The notes under the pieces are model-generated. The model searched no databases and had not been told where the DNA came from. It saw only the letters and a program-made list of their open reading frames with translations. Shown here piece by piece: positions 10,059 to 20,626 of a stretch of 64,000 nucleotides of DNA. The DNA comes from Tubiluchus corallicola (Eukaryota > Animalia > Priapulida): assembly GCA_030141605.1 (NCBI GenBank), contig JAQGDQ010000440.1, positions 58,429 to 122,428 on the forward strand, written 5' to 3'. The position numbers and the translations under genes were made by a program. Each line of letters begins with the position of its first letter. Position 1 is the first letter of the stretch.

Positions 10059-10838
10059 TTATATCTCTTTTTTACAATGAGGACAAACCTGTTTCTCTTT
10101 TTTGACTCTCTCCAAAAATCCGAAACTAATAATACCTGTAGGCAAAGCAACTATCCCTATACTCAATACAGCAATAATACCACTTATAAGCTTACCCCAA
10201 CCTGTAACAGGTGTTACATCTCCATAACCTATCGTAGTCAAAGTAATAACAGCCCACCAAAGCGTACTCAACACATTAGGGAAAACATCAGGCTGAGCCT
10301 CTCGCTCAACGTGATACATCAAAAATGAAGATAATGCCAATACAAATACAATAACAAACAGTATCGTTCCCAGCTCCGACCTTTTTGCCTTTACCACATC
10401 CCATATAACTATCATAGAACTATTGTATTTGTTCAGCTTTAAAAGCCTAAAAAGCCTTGAAAGTCTTAAAACCTCCAACGACTTTAAATTCATCCTAGTA
10501 AACAAGAACAAATAAAAAGGGAAAATGGCAAGTAAGTCTACAAGACCATAAAATGAAAATACAAACTTTAACACTGAGCGCAACCTGCTTTTCGAAGGAT
10601 GTGTCAAATCTGAAATATACAACCGAAGCAAATACTCAATAGAAAATATTACAGAAGCTATAATCTCAGATACAATAAAAAACCTGACAAGGGATTCATT
10701 ATCACTTTGCATCGTAAGAATAGCGATAGAAATAACATTGAAGAGAATAAGCCCAATAATAAAATAATCAACGTACAAATTATACTTAGAGCTGTGAGAA
10801 CCTTTTTCTAATAGTTTATATATTTTGTATTTTAACAT
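10059..10838 (-). CDS. 6TM voltage-gated potassium channel (ion transporter)
   Basis: S4-like LRLSRLFRLLKL, pore WWAVITLTTIGYGDVTP, C-terminal CPHC. Confidence 0.92.
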   Translation of the reverse strand: MLKYKIYKLLEKGSHSSKYNLYVDYFIIGLILFNVISIAILTMQSDNESLVRFFIVSEIIASVIFSIEYLLRLYISDLTHPSKSRLRSVLKFVFSFYGLVDLLAIFPFYLFLFTRMNLKSLEVLRLSRLFRLLKLNKYNSSMIVIWDVVKAKRSELGTILFVIVFVLALSSFLMYHVEREAQPDVFPNVLSTLWWAVITLTTIGYGDVTPVTGWGKLISGIIAVLSIGIVALPTGIISFGFLERVKKEKQVCPHCKKEI

Positions 10839-10927
10839 TATATAATGTAAGTATAAAATTTCCGAAATACTACTGTTAACCAGGCATTTATATCAAAACT
10901 CAAACCTGCACCTCTTCACTAAAGCTT

Positions 10928-11797
10928 CTACTCAAAAATAATTGTCTTATTCTTAAACGTAAGAATCTTCCTTGTAATATGTTTCTGTACAGCATCCGAA
11001 AGCACTATCTTCTCTAAATCCCTACCCTTTTCAATCAACCTACTCACATCATTCTTATGCGATATATGAGCTATATCCTGCCCTATAATAGGCCCTGCGT
11101 CCAACTCATCTGTCACATAATGACTTGTTGCACCTATCAGTTTTACTCCTCGCTCGTGTGCAGCGTGATAAGGCTTTGCCCCTACAAACGCAGGCAGAAA
11201 CGAATGGTGTATATTGATTATTCTATTCGGATACCTACTTATTACTTTATTGGTAAGTATCTGCATATACCTTGCCAACACTATAAAATCTACTCTATAG
11301 CTTTCTAACAATTTTAAGATTTTTCCCTCCTGATCTTCCTTGTTTTCTTTTGTTATAGGAAAACAATGGTAATCTATATTGAATCGCTTAGCTACTTCCT
11401 CTAAATCAGGATGATTGCTCACTACGAGTGGAATCTCCACGCTCCACTCACAGTTTTTATAACGTGCCAACATATCATACAAGCAGTGAGACATCTTAGA
11501 TACAAAGACCGCCATACGCGAAGCATTTTCGGAGAAGTAAATACTACAGACCATTTTGTACTTAGCAGAAAACTCCGCATCAAAAACCTCCTCAATTTTT
11601 TCTTTGGATATACAAAACTCTTCCAACTCCCACTCCACCCTCATAAAAAAAGCCTTTTCTGGTATATCTACATGCTGGTCGAGATAAATGATATTACCCC
11701 CATTTTGATTAATAAAATCAGTAATAGAAGCAAGAATACCTTTCTGGTCGGGACAAGACAGTAACAAAATAGCCGTGCTCTTTTGCCTATTTACCAT
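10928..11797 (-). CDS. purU: formyltetrahydrofolate deformylase
   Basis: ACT domain CPDQKGI, VSKMSHCL, VLARYMQIL, INIHHSFLPAFVGAKPY, GATSHYVT.ELD.GPII. Confidence 0.96.
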   Translation of the reverse strand: MVNRQKSTAILLLSCPDQKGILASITDFINQNGGNIIYLDQHVDIPEKAFFMRVEWELEEFCISKEKIEEVFDAEFSAKYKMVCSIYFSENASRMAVFVSKMSHCLYDMLARYKNCEWSVEIPLVVSNHPDLEEVAKRFNIDYHCFPITKENKEDQEGKILKLLESYRVDFIVLARYMQILTNKVISRYPNRIINIHHSFLPAFVGAKPYHAAHERGVKLIGATSHYVTDELDAGPIIGQDIAHISHKNDVSRLIEKGRDLEKIVLSDAVQKHITRKILTFKNKTIIFE

Positions 11798-11934
11798 ACT
11801 CTTTAATTAATTTTTATAGTAATTCTCAAAACAACTATTCATTCATTTAATCCAGCTCTACTTCTAAATATATTAGGTAGTTACAGGCTAAATTGCTTTA
11901 TAAAGAACATAAGCTCACACTCTTGCAAAAAAAA

Positions 11935-12428
11935 TCAGACTGTACTATCCATCTCCTTTTTACATCGGGAGCAAACCTGCTGTTGCTTATTAAGCTTCCC
12001 CAAAAAACCCGCACTTATAATCCCTGTGGGTAACGCAATTATTCCAATGCCTAAAATAGCAATTATTCCCTTAATAAGTTTACCTGAGCTCGTTATTGGA
12101 ACCACATCAGTTCCTGCTTTTGTTAATGTTGTAAGAGACCACCACAATGAACTCAAAGTATTAGGGAAAGCTTCAGGCTGCACATCACTCTCTATATAAT
12201 AAATTAGAAATGACGCTACTACTATAATCAATAATACTAAGAACAAAGTCATTGCCAACTCTAATCTTTTTTCTTTTATCACCGTTGTTATAATATCCAC
12301 TGACCTACTATATCGTTCTAATTTCAAAACCCTTAGAAACCTTATCAATCTTAATATTCTCAGAAATTTTAAATCCACTTTTATAAGAAACGGAATATAA
12401 AAAGGCAAAATGGCAGCAAATCTACTAC
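11935..12428 (-). pseudogene. 5'-truncated paralog of the K+ channel with an altered pore motif
   Basis: S3-S6 homology to 10059-10838; a 1-nt frameshift in VDLLAILPF near 12415; homology stops near 12428 at low-complexity DNA; pore reads TTLTKAGTD. Confidence 0.8.
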
Positions 12429-12589
12429 ACCTACTCCCCACCTACACTACGCACCTCCACACCCTCAAACACACCTAAAAACGTAGTCTCACCTATCGCC
12501 TTGAACATATCTGCCATATCTTTCCCCCAAGCAATATCTCCTAAACTTGTTGAGCCGTTGTAAGCTGCTCTTCACCGTGTGTCATCACA

Positions 12590-12626
12590 GTTATGATTTG
12601 ACTCAAAGCAAAAGACAAGATACACC
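12590..12626 (+). repeat. orphan degenerate CRISPR repeat
   Basis: gttatgatttgactcaaagcaaaagacaagatacacc matches 31 of 36 repeat positions, with one insertion. Confidence 0.85.
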
Positions 12627-12857
12627 CTTGCTACTTGTCGCCACGCGATCTGGAAAGATCATAAAATGAAACCTTCCCCAAATCGAAACAACTTTACCCA
12701 TACTGAAAATAGATACTGAAAATTTTCAGCCCACTCACTCAAGCAAAGCATGCAACAAAGAGCATCACAAAAACATCAGTAAAAAAACAACCCGATAAAA
12801 ACCGCCATTAAAAACTCTTAACTGAAAAACAGCGAAAAAAAGAACTGCCATTAAAGA

Positions 12858-12895
12858 CTTGATCTTTTGGTTCTTTTGTGTCAAAACAAAAGAAC
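12858..12895. repeat. REP-like hairpin repeat, with related copies near 56835 and 62362
   Basis: cttgatcttttg-gttcttttgt-gtcaaa-acaaaagaac forms a 10-bp stem. Confidence 0.6.
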
Positions 12896-12918
12896 TTAAA
12901 AAAAAACTTAATTAAAAA

Positions 12919-14275
12919 CAATAGTTCGTTAAACATTTACATAAATATCTGACAATCAATAAAATAAATGTTGAAAAAATTAGGATAATCCCCCTGATAA
13001 TCAGTATCTTAAAGTTGTTTTTGACCGACAATTTTAGACATGATTATCAAGGAAATATCAAGATATAAAGATCAGGTAAAAATGATTTTAAACCAAATGG
13101 AAGGAATAAATAAGTGGCAATTCGATTTTATGCTAGACATCTTCGGACTATTTCTTAGTATCAAAGGAAAGATGAACTTTTTTCAATTTGGTAGATATGG
13201 AAATCACTGTGAGCAACGTTATAGATATCAATTTGAAAAAGGGTTTGATTTTATGACTTTTAACAAAGAGTCGGTAATCCATTACGCAAGCAACCATCAA
13301 GCCATAGCCTTTGATCCAAGCTATATAAGCAAGTCAGGAAAGCATACATCTGGGGCTGGTTACTTTTGGTCAGGATGTGCCGGCAAAACAAAATGGGGCT
13401 TAGAGATTGCAGGAATAGCAGCCGTTGATATTGATAATCATACAGCTTTTCATTTAGAAGCTATTCAAACCCCTAATAATCTTGAAGCAGAAAGTCTGGT
13501 TGATCATTACGCAAATGTTTTGATTCAACGCAAGGACAATCTGTTATGTGTATCAAAATACGTTTTGGCAGATGCCTATTTTTCAAAGAATAAGTTTGTA
13601 ACCAAGCTTTGCGAAAATGGATTTGAAGTGATTAGTCGCCTGAGAGATGATGCTAACTTACAATACAAATTTTATGGTCAGCAAAAAGCTGGTAGAGGAA
13701 GACCTAGAAAATATGAAGGAAAGATTGACTTTGATAATTTAAAATCAAAATATTTTGAATGCTTTGAGCAAAACGAAAAATGCAAAATATACGGAGCAAC
13801 AGTTTATGCAAAATCATTAAAACGAGATGTTAATCTTGTTGTTGTTTTTACAAAAGGAACATCCCGAAAGTGGTCTCACAAGTTATACTTCTCTACTGAT
13901 TTGCAAATGAAAGCCGAGACGATTCTTGAATATTATCAAGCCAGATTCCAGATTGAGTTCATTTACAGAGATGCAAAACAATATACCGGATTGAAAGACT
14001 GTCAGGCAAGAAGTGAAAATAAATTACATTTTCATTTTAATGCGTCTCTTACTGCAGTCAATTTGGCCAAGATTAACCACTGGTTAGCTATACCAAAAAT
14101 CAATAGAAATGCTTTTTCTATGGCCGATATAAAAACAATGTATCACAATGAATTACTGCTAAATAGATTTTTTAGCGTGTTCGCGGTGAGACCAAACTTA
14201 ACCAAAAATAAATCCAAAATCAGAGAATTAATAACTTACGGCACTATCGCTGCATGATTATTTAACGAACTATTG
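12919..14275 (+). mobile_element. IS4-like insertion sequence, apparently intact
   Basis: Perfect 15-bp terminal inverted repeats CAATAGTTCGTTAAA (12919-12933 and 14261-14275), 6-bp target duplication TAAAAA, single DDE transposase. Confidence 0.9.
13040..14257 (+). CDS. DDE transposase (IS4/IS701-like)
   Basis: AFDPSYISKSGK, LADAYF, GRGRPRKY, Y..RFQIEF.YRDAKQ (YREK-like motif). Confidence 0.92.
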   Translation: MIIKEISRYKDQVKMILNQMEGINKWQFDFMLDIFGLFLSIKGKMNFFQFGRYGNHCEQRYRYQFEKGFDFMTFNKESVIHYASNHQAIAFDPSYISKSGKHTSGAGYFWSGCAGKTKWGLEIAGIAAVDIDNHTAFHLEAIQTPNNLEAESLVDHYANVLIQRKDNLLCVSKYVLADAYFSKNKFVTKLCENGFEVISRLRDDANLQYKFYGQQKAGRGRPRKYEGKIDFDNLKSKYFECFEQNEKCKIYGATVYAKSLKRDVNLVVVFTKGTSRKWSHKLYFSTDLQMKAETILEYYQARFQIEFIYRDAKQYTGLKDCQARSENKLHFHFNASLTAVNLAKINHWLAIPKINRNAFSMADIKTMYHNELLLNRFFSVFAVRPNLTKNKSKIRELITYGTIAA

Positions 14276-14501
14276 TAAAAAGACAAACCTTACAAAACCT
14301 TGCTAACATATATTTTATATACCTTAGCGGTTTTTTTAAAGGCAAAAATCATACTTGAAAACAACAAAACCAAAACAAAGCACCCTGGGCTCAAAGTGAG
14401 GGGAAACCCGATAAGGAATCACCTCTTATCAGTATAAACAAAGGCTTTAAGGAGGACTTTGGCAAAAATGTTAATTTGCAAAACTCACACACTATCAAAC
14501 A

Positions 14502-16838
14502 ATGAAAAACAAAAATATACTTCTTACCCTCCCTTTTCTCCTTTACACATCTATCCTATTTGCAACCAACAACTACATAACAGGCACCATAAAAGACGCA
14601 GAAGGGAAACCCCTGGCATACTCCACCGTAGCCATATATAAAGACTCTCTCATCATAACGGGGGTATCTGCCAACAAAGATGGAATCTTTATCATAGAAA
14701 ACCTGGAAAAAGACAACTACACATTAGCAGTAAGCTTTGTGGGATATGAAACCGTAGAGCGCAATGTAAACCTGCAAACCTCTATTGATATCGGCGCAGT
14801 AGTTCTGAAAGAGAGCAGCACAACACTGGAGGATATAAAAGTGGTGGGAGAGCTAAAACTGGTAAGTAGCGACGCCTCAAAAACAACCTTTGAAGTAACT
14901 GAAGCCATAAAAAACAGATCAAAGGATGTCTACGACATACTTCAGAATATCCCAAACCTGACAGTCAATAACCTAAACAAAAGTATAGAGCTGGACGGGC
15001 AAAAAAACATCCTAATACTTATTAACGGGAGAAAAAGAGACAGCAATGACCTAAACAGCATAGACCAAAAAAAAATTGAAAAAATAGAGATAATGAACAA
15101 TCCGCCTGTCAGATACCTAAACGATGATATCTCTGCCGTGATCAACGTTATTGTAAAAAGAGACAAAGAGCACGGCTTCTCCGGCGGAGTAACGGGAGTT
15201 GCCGATCCAGGCCTGCTTGTTCAGAATCTCGGATTGCGACGCTTTACATATAACTATGGAGACGTAAGCCTCTACTCCAGCCTCTGGATAAACAACAACC
15301 CCAGACTAAGCATGGAAAGCGACATCACCAAAACATACCTCCAGGAAGATGGCTCCATTCGCAAAATAGAACGTAAACCCTTTGGTGAAAACATGGCCTA
15401 CTTTAACAGTACCTGGACAAACGCCGGATTGGACTTTTTCATAACTGATAAAAGCCTTTTGAATACGGAAGTTTCATTTTGGAGATCACAGGACAATCTC
15501 AAATTTAACCAGAAGGGCTTGGAGACAATAGACGGTAACACAATAAACACCTTTCACACCACCGACATATTGCACCAAAACTACAACAACTTATCCTATA
15601 AGCTGTACTACCAATACAGCAACACCAAAAAGGGTCAAACACTGGTGGTGGATGCCAACTACTCCGTATATGGAGACAATAGTGATAAAAAATTTGAAAC
15701 AGACACCCAGGGCGAAGTTGCCTCCATAGAACAACAACTGGAAAACGCAAAACAATCAGGTGTTCTACAGGTAGACTACAATCAGAAAATCAACAACCTC
15801 ATATCCATAGAAGCAGGAAACAGAAGCTACTACCAATACCTGGAAATGGAGGAGGAAAATGCAGCGAGAAAAAACAATCTAGACTACAGAGATTTTCAAA
15901 ACTACACCTACCTTGGGGTATCGGGAGAACTCCTGGACCGCTTTACATATCAGCTGGGAGCAGGATACGACTACTCCGGCACAACACTAGACACTGCAAC
16001 TTACACTTACCATAACTTCCTGCAAAGTGTAAACCTGCAATACAAACCGCACACAAACCACAATATAAATGCGGGATACTCAAAAAAGCGCAAAAACCCA
16101 TCTGTCAATAACATAAACCCATACGCACGCTACATAGACAGCACCTATATAGAGCAGGGAAACCCCGAAGTAACCCCATACTTTATCAACCAGCTTAAAC
16201 TTAGCTACTCCTTCTCCAAAGGGAAAATATATGTATCTCCTCAAACATCCTTCAACTTTATAGATGGTGTAATAGGAAAGCGGGGAAGCCTGGACGATGA
16301 TGGTGTGTATACAGCAACCTACGACAACATTGCCGAATACAGACAACTATACTCCTCACTAAATGTCAACCTCAAACTTTTTGAATGGTGGAACCTTAAA
16401 GTGGATGGCATTCTCAATTATGAAGAGTATGACGACCCTGTCAATAACCTGCACAACAGCTCCTCTTCGTGGGGAACAAATGCTCAAAGCACATGGATAT
16501 ATAATCAAAGCTTGAGCCTTACTTTTGAGTACCAGAAAAAAGTGAACAACGTAATGGCAAACGGATGGTCGACACAACCACAGGAAGTACACGTATGGCT
16601 AAACTGGAACATAAGTGACAACTGGAACACCACGGTAGGGGCAGCATATCTATTAGGCTATAAAGAAAAGGCCTACATCGAAGAGCCCAGCTATAAAGAA
16701 AAAAGAGAGACCACTATAAATGGGGTCCCGCTGATATTATGCATAATCAACTACAGGTTTAACATAGGAAAACAGGGAAAAAGAATAGAGCGTAAAATAG
16801 ACAACCAGGAGGAGCAAAAAACAGGTGGGGGATTTTAA
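14502..16838 (+). CDS. TonB-dependent-receptor-like outer membrane beta-barrel protein
   Basis: Signal peptide, carboxypeptidase-regulatory-like N-domain (VSFVGYET), plug (IEKIEIMNNPPVRY...VINVI), GNPEVTP, amphipathic strands. Confidence 0.85.
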   Translation: MKNKNILLTLPFLLYTSILFATNNYITGTIKDAEGKPLAYSTVAIYKDSLIITGVSANKDGIFIIENLEKDNYTLAVSFVGYETVERNVNLQTSIDIGAVVLKESSTTLEDIKVVGELKLVSSDASKTTFEVTEAIKNRSKDVYDILQNIPNLTVNNLNKSIELDGQKNILILINGRKRDSNDLNSIDQKKIEKIEIMNNPPVRYLNDDISAVINVIVKRDKEHGFSGGVTGVADPGLLVQNLGLRRFTYNYGDVSLYSSLWINNNPRLSMESDITKTYLQEDGSIRKIERKPFGENMAYFNSTWTNAGLDFFITDKSLLNTEVSFWRSQDNLKFNQKGLETIDGNTINTFHTTDILHQNYNNLSYKLYYQYSNTKKGQTLVVDANYSVYGDNSDKKFETDTQGEVASIEQQLENAKQSGVLQVDYNQKINNLISIEAGNRSYYQYLEMEEENAARKNNLDYRDFQNYTYLGVSGELLDRFTYQLGAGYDYSGTTLDTATYTYHNFLQSVNLQYKPHTNHNINAGYSKKRKNPSVNNINPYARYIDSTYIEQGNPEVTPYFINQLKLSYSFSKGKIYVSPQTSFNFIDGVIGKRGSLDDDGVYTATYDNIAEYRQLYSSLNVNLKLFEWWNLKVDGILNYEEYDDPVNNLHNSSSSWGTNAQSTWIYNQSLSLTFEYQKKVNNVMANGWSTQPQEVHVWLNWNISDNWNTTVGAAYLLGYKEKAYIEEPSYKEKRETTINGVPLILCIINYRFNIGKQGKRIERKIDNQEEQKTGGGF

Positions 16839-16891
16839 AAAAACACAACCCCTCTCTTCTTCATCCCGGAAATCTTGCAAAACGAAAACAT

Positions 16892-17728
16892 TTAAAAAAA
16901 AGCGAAACTACCCCGCCTGGCACGCGCTTTACATCCCTGGCGAGTAGACATAACAATAACAGACAACCCCAGTAAAAGAAGCAGACCATTAAAAAGATAG
17001 CTGACACCTGCCCCATACTGCGAAAATGTAACCCTGCTAAACTCTTCAGGAAACCATATGCTCAGTAAAACAAACCCGTTATAAATGGCGTGGCCTGTAA
17101 TACACGCCAGGGTAGAACCCGTTCGCACCTTCACTACGCCAAGCACCAGCCCAAGAAAAAAGGTAGAGGGTAGCTGCCACGGATTTAAATGAAAAAGAGA
17201 AAAAAGAAGCGCTGAATATAAAACAGCTCTCAACCTGGAGTAGTTTCTTAAAAAACCATCCATTATCACCCCTCTAAACATAAGCTCCTCAACCACCGGG
17301 GCTATAATCACAACACGTAGAATACTCCCCAAAGCACTCTTTTTAGGCCCCACAACATGCTCCAGAAGCTCAATAAACCACACAGGAGCAGGCAAAAAAC
17401 TATCCAGTACGGTGTTTATACCAAAGAGAAAGTGTTGCAAACCAACAAAAACAAAGACCATTCCAGCTATTGACAACGCCGGAAATGGCCTGGCTGTAAA
17501 TACGCTGCGAACGGGAGTATTCGAAAAACGGTACCCCAGGTAAAGAATAAAAGCAGTAATCCCAAAAAACAGAGGAGCTTTGATTGCCACAGAGTGGAGC
17601 CAGTCAGTACCATTATAATAATCGTATAACGACAGTGGAAAATCCACCAGCGAGTGTAGAAATATGTAGAGCACTACCAAATGTACTGCCGCCCAAAAAG
17701 TCGGATAATGTCTATTACCTTTCAACAT
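16892..17728 (-). CDS. CPBP/CAAX-family intramembrane metalloprotease
   Basis: APVVEELMFRG, FSLFH, HAIYN motifs; hydrophobic. Confidence 0.9.
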   Translation of the reverse strand: MLKGNRHYPTFWAAVHLVVLYIFLHSLVDFPLSLYDYYNGTDWLHSVAIKAPLFFGITAFILYLGYRFSNTPVRSVFTARPFPALSIAGMVFVFVGLQHFLFGINTVLDSFLPAPVWFIELLEHVVGPKKSALGSILRVVIIAPVVEELMFRGVIMDGFLRNYSRLRAVLYSALLFSLFHLNPWQLPSTFFLGLVLGVVKVRTGSTLACITGHAIYNGFVLLSIWFPEEFSRVTFSQYGAGVSYLFNGLLLLLGLSVIVMSTRQGCKARARRGSFAFF

Positions 17729-17785
17729 ACTGATACAGGTTTATGCACTCTTCACATTAAGACCATCTATTCCACCAGCCTGCCG

Positions 17786-18943
17786 TCAACCAACACCTCT
17801 TTTGCGCCCCCTCCCCGATCCCTCAAACAGTTCGTATGAGCAGTAGCTGCACTTAAGAGCCCCATTATACAGTACAACCTTATTTGATGGCTTTAAGCCA
17901 ATGCTCTTGAGCCCTTCCGTAGAACTGGAAATAATCCACGCAACATAACCGGCAAACTGCCGCTTAAGGGTGTCCCCAATCATCGAGTACAGCCCTCGCA
18001 CAGCTCCCGGCATCATCCTCTGCCCGTAAGGGGGATTTATAATAACCACTCCGCCATTAGAGGGAGCTTTCAGTGTTGCAAAATCCTTTGTGCTCAGACC
18101 TACCTTTTTCAGAAGCCCGGCATTTCTAATATTTGACTTTGCTATAGTAATATTTTTGGCAGAAATATCATACCCAAATAGCTCTGCAGACGAACACCTC
18201 TCATAATCGTCATTGTAAATCTCCTCAAACAACTTACTATCAAAATCATTCCACTTCTCAAATGCAAACGCTTTGCGGTATATCCCCGCAGGGATGCCAT
18301 GTGCTATCATGGCTGCCTCTATAAGCAGCGTTCCCGAACCGCACATCGGATCAACAAAGCTCTTCTCCTTATCCCACCCCGACAACATAATCATACCGGC
18401 AGCAAGCACCTCATTAATGGGAGCCTCATTCTGTGCAAGCCTGTAGCCTCTTCTATGCAGCGACTCCCCTGAACTGTCCAAAGATATAATACACTTTTTG
18501 CCAGAAAGATGTACATTAATCCTAATATCCGGGTTCTCCGTATCTATAGACGGCCTCCTCCTCGTCTTGTTGCGAAACATGTCAACAATTGCATCCTTAA
18601 CCTTCAATGACACAAACATCGAATTTAAGAACATATCAGAGTTCACAACACTATCTACGGCAAATGTTTTCCCAAGTTCCATATACTCCATCCAATCCAC
18701 TCCGCTCGCACCCTCATACAATCCCTCCCTGCTAGCTACATCAAATACGGCTATAGGCTTTAGCACCTTCAAAGCCGTACGGCAACAGAAATTTGACCTG
18801 TAAAGCAGCTCCTTATCTCCCTTAAACGTGACAGCACGATGCCCCTGCACAACATCAGCCGCACCAAGCTGTGTCAGCTCCATAGCCAAAATATGCTCCA
18901 ACCCTGCAAAGGTTTTAGCTGTCATACTAAACTCTTCCATCAA
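17786..18943 (-). CDS. THUMP-domain RNA methyltransferase (RlmL-like)
   Basis: SLHRRGYR, APINEVLAAG, DPMCGSGT, NPPYG. Confidence 0.92.
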   Translation of the reverse strand: MMEEFSMTAKTFAGLEHILAMELTQLGAADVVQGHRAVTFKGDKELLYRSNFCCRTALKVLKPIAVFDVASREGLYEGASGVDWMEYMELGKTFAVDSVVNSDMFLNSMFVSLKVKDAIVDMFRNKTRRRPSIDTENPDIRINVHLSGKKCIISLDSSGESLHRRGYRLAQNEAPINEVLAAGMIMLSGWDKEKSFVDPMCGSGTLLIEAAMIAHGIPAGIYRKAFAFEKWNDFDSKLFEEIYNDDYERCSSAELFGYDISAKNITIAKSNIRNAGLLKKVGLSTKDFATLKAPSNGGVVIINPPYGQRMMPGAVRGLYSMIGDTLKRQFAGYVAWIISSSTEGLKSIGLKPSNKVVLYNGALKCSYCSYELFEGSGRGRKRGVG

Positions 18944-19159
18944 AATAGCTTATACAAATTATGAGGCCGCCGTATAAAAACCCATATTCCTGTTAATATT
19001 CTCCTAAAACCATCATTCACACCGGTAAACCGCGGCTCCCCGTCGAACCTCTACTCAACCTGAAAAAATAATTTTTCACCTTGCAAAGATTTCACCCTGA
19101 CAGCCAGAAACTCTCAAAAACAAAAAAGAGAAATCAATACTCCCGAACAGATACCTTTA

Positions 19160-20488
19160 TCAAACAATTCCCTGCTCAAGCATGGCATCAGCAACCTTTA
19201 CAAAACCACCAATATTGGCACCCCTCACATAGTCTATCCGGCTTTTGCTCTGCCCATGCCTCTTGCACGTTTTGTGAACTTCGCGCATAATTAAATGTAG
19301 TCGCTTATCCACCTCTCCCTTTGTCCAGCTATGCCGCATACTATTTTGCGACATCTCCAGGCCTGAAACAGCTACACCTCCCGCATTTACCGCCTTACCT
19401 GGCGCATATGCTATACGCTCAGACAACAGACCAACAGCCTCAGGCGTACACCCCATGTTGGACACTTCACACACCATAAAGCAGCCATTCTCTAGCAACT
19501 GCCTCGCATCACTCTCATCCAGCTCATTCTCAGTAGCACAGGGTAGAGCAATATCCACAGGGCACCCCCAAGGCTTCGCTCCGGGGGTAAACTCTGCTCC
19601 AAACTCCTCCGCATAGGGAGACACCACATCATTGTTGGTCATCCTCAACTCAAGAAGATAATCAACCTTATCTCCTGAAATACCATCTTTGTCATACACA
19701 AACCCATCAGGGCCCGAAACTGTAACAACCTTCCCTCCCAACTCATTTATCTTGGTTATAACACCCCACGCTACATTGCCAAACCCGGACACAGCAAAAC
19801 TGTGCCCCTCTATATCTTTCCCCTGCTCATTAAGCATGTGCCGGGCAAAATAAACGGCACCAAAACCTGTAGCCTCCGGACGTATTAACGAACCACCCCA
19901 GTCCAGCCCTTTACCGGTAAGAACTCCTGAAAACTCATTCTGCATCCTCTTATATTGGCCAAAAAGATATCCAATCTCACGCCCCCCAACACCTATATCC
20001 CCCGCCGGAACATCTGTGTCCGGACCAATATGACGGCTCAACTCCATCATAAATGACTGGCAAAAACGCATTATCTCGGCATCGCTTCTCATCCTAACAC
20101 TAAAGTCAGACCCCCCCTTTCCACCTCCAAGCGGCAACGTGGTAAGGCTGTTCTTAAATGTCTGCTCAAACCCAAGAAACTTGAGAATACTCAAATTAAC
20201 CGTGGAGTGAAAGCGCAGCCCTCCCTTATACGGGCCAAGCGCACTATTGAACTCAACCCTGTAGCCACGATTAACCTCAACATCCCCATTATCCTTTGTC
20301 CAAGGAACCCTGAACATAACCACACGCTCCGGCTCAACCATGCGCTCAAGTATCCTCGCTTGCTTATACCTGGGATTTGAATCATAAATATCCCAAACCG
20401 ACTCTACTACCTCTAAAACTGCCTGATGAAACTCTATCTCCCCTGGAGTACGACTCTCCAGAGCACTCATAAACTTACCAATACTCAT
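19160..20488 (-). CDS. gdh: glutamate dehydrogenase, paralog 2
   Basis: GPYKGGLRFH, GGGKGGSDF, DVPAGDIGVG, RPEATGFG, SGFGNVA. Confidence 0.96.
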   Translation of the reverse strand: MSIGKFMSALESRTPGEIEFHQAVLEVVESVWDIYDSNPRYKQARILERMVEPERVVMFRVPWTKDNGDVEVNRGYRVEFNSALGPYKGGLRFHSTVNLSILKFLGFEQTFKNSLTTLPLGGGKGGSDFSVRMRSDAEIMRFCQSFMMELSRHIGPDTDVPAGDIGVGGREIGYLFGQYKRMQNEFSGVLTGKGLDWGGSLIRPEATGFGAVYFARHMLNEQGKDIEGHSFAVSGFGNVAWGVITKINELGGKVVTVSGPDGFVYDKDGISGDKVDYLLELRMTNNDVVSPYAEEFGAEFTPGAKPWGCPVDIALPCATENELDESDARQLLENGCFMVCEVSNMGCTPEAVGLLSERIAYAPGKAVNAGGVAVSGLEMSQNSMRHSWTKGEVDKRLHLIMREVHKTCKRHGQSKSRIDYVRGANIGGFVKVADAMLEQGIV

Positions 20489-20626
20489 ACCTTTACAAAC
20501 ATAAACTGTACGTGCCTGTAAAAATACCGGCTACAGTAACTAAAATAGTAGAGCTAAAGGATACCAACCCGGACACCTTCTCTCCCCGGTAGCATCTCTA
20601 TATGCGCTCTTATAATAATTATAGTG

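Noticed and set aside
7719-10328. Many short repetitive ORFs over the array
   Set aside because: They are translations of the 66-bp CRISPR period, not genes
10059-10838. K+ channel as a CRISPR-associated effector
   Set aside because: It is an ordinary channel in the opposite orientation with no CARF/SAVED-type domain; adjacency alone is not evidence
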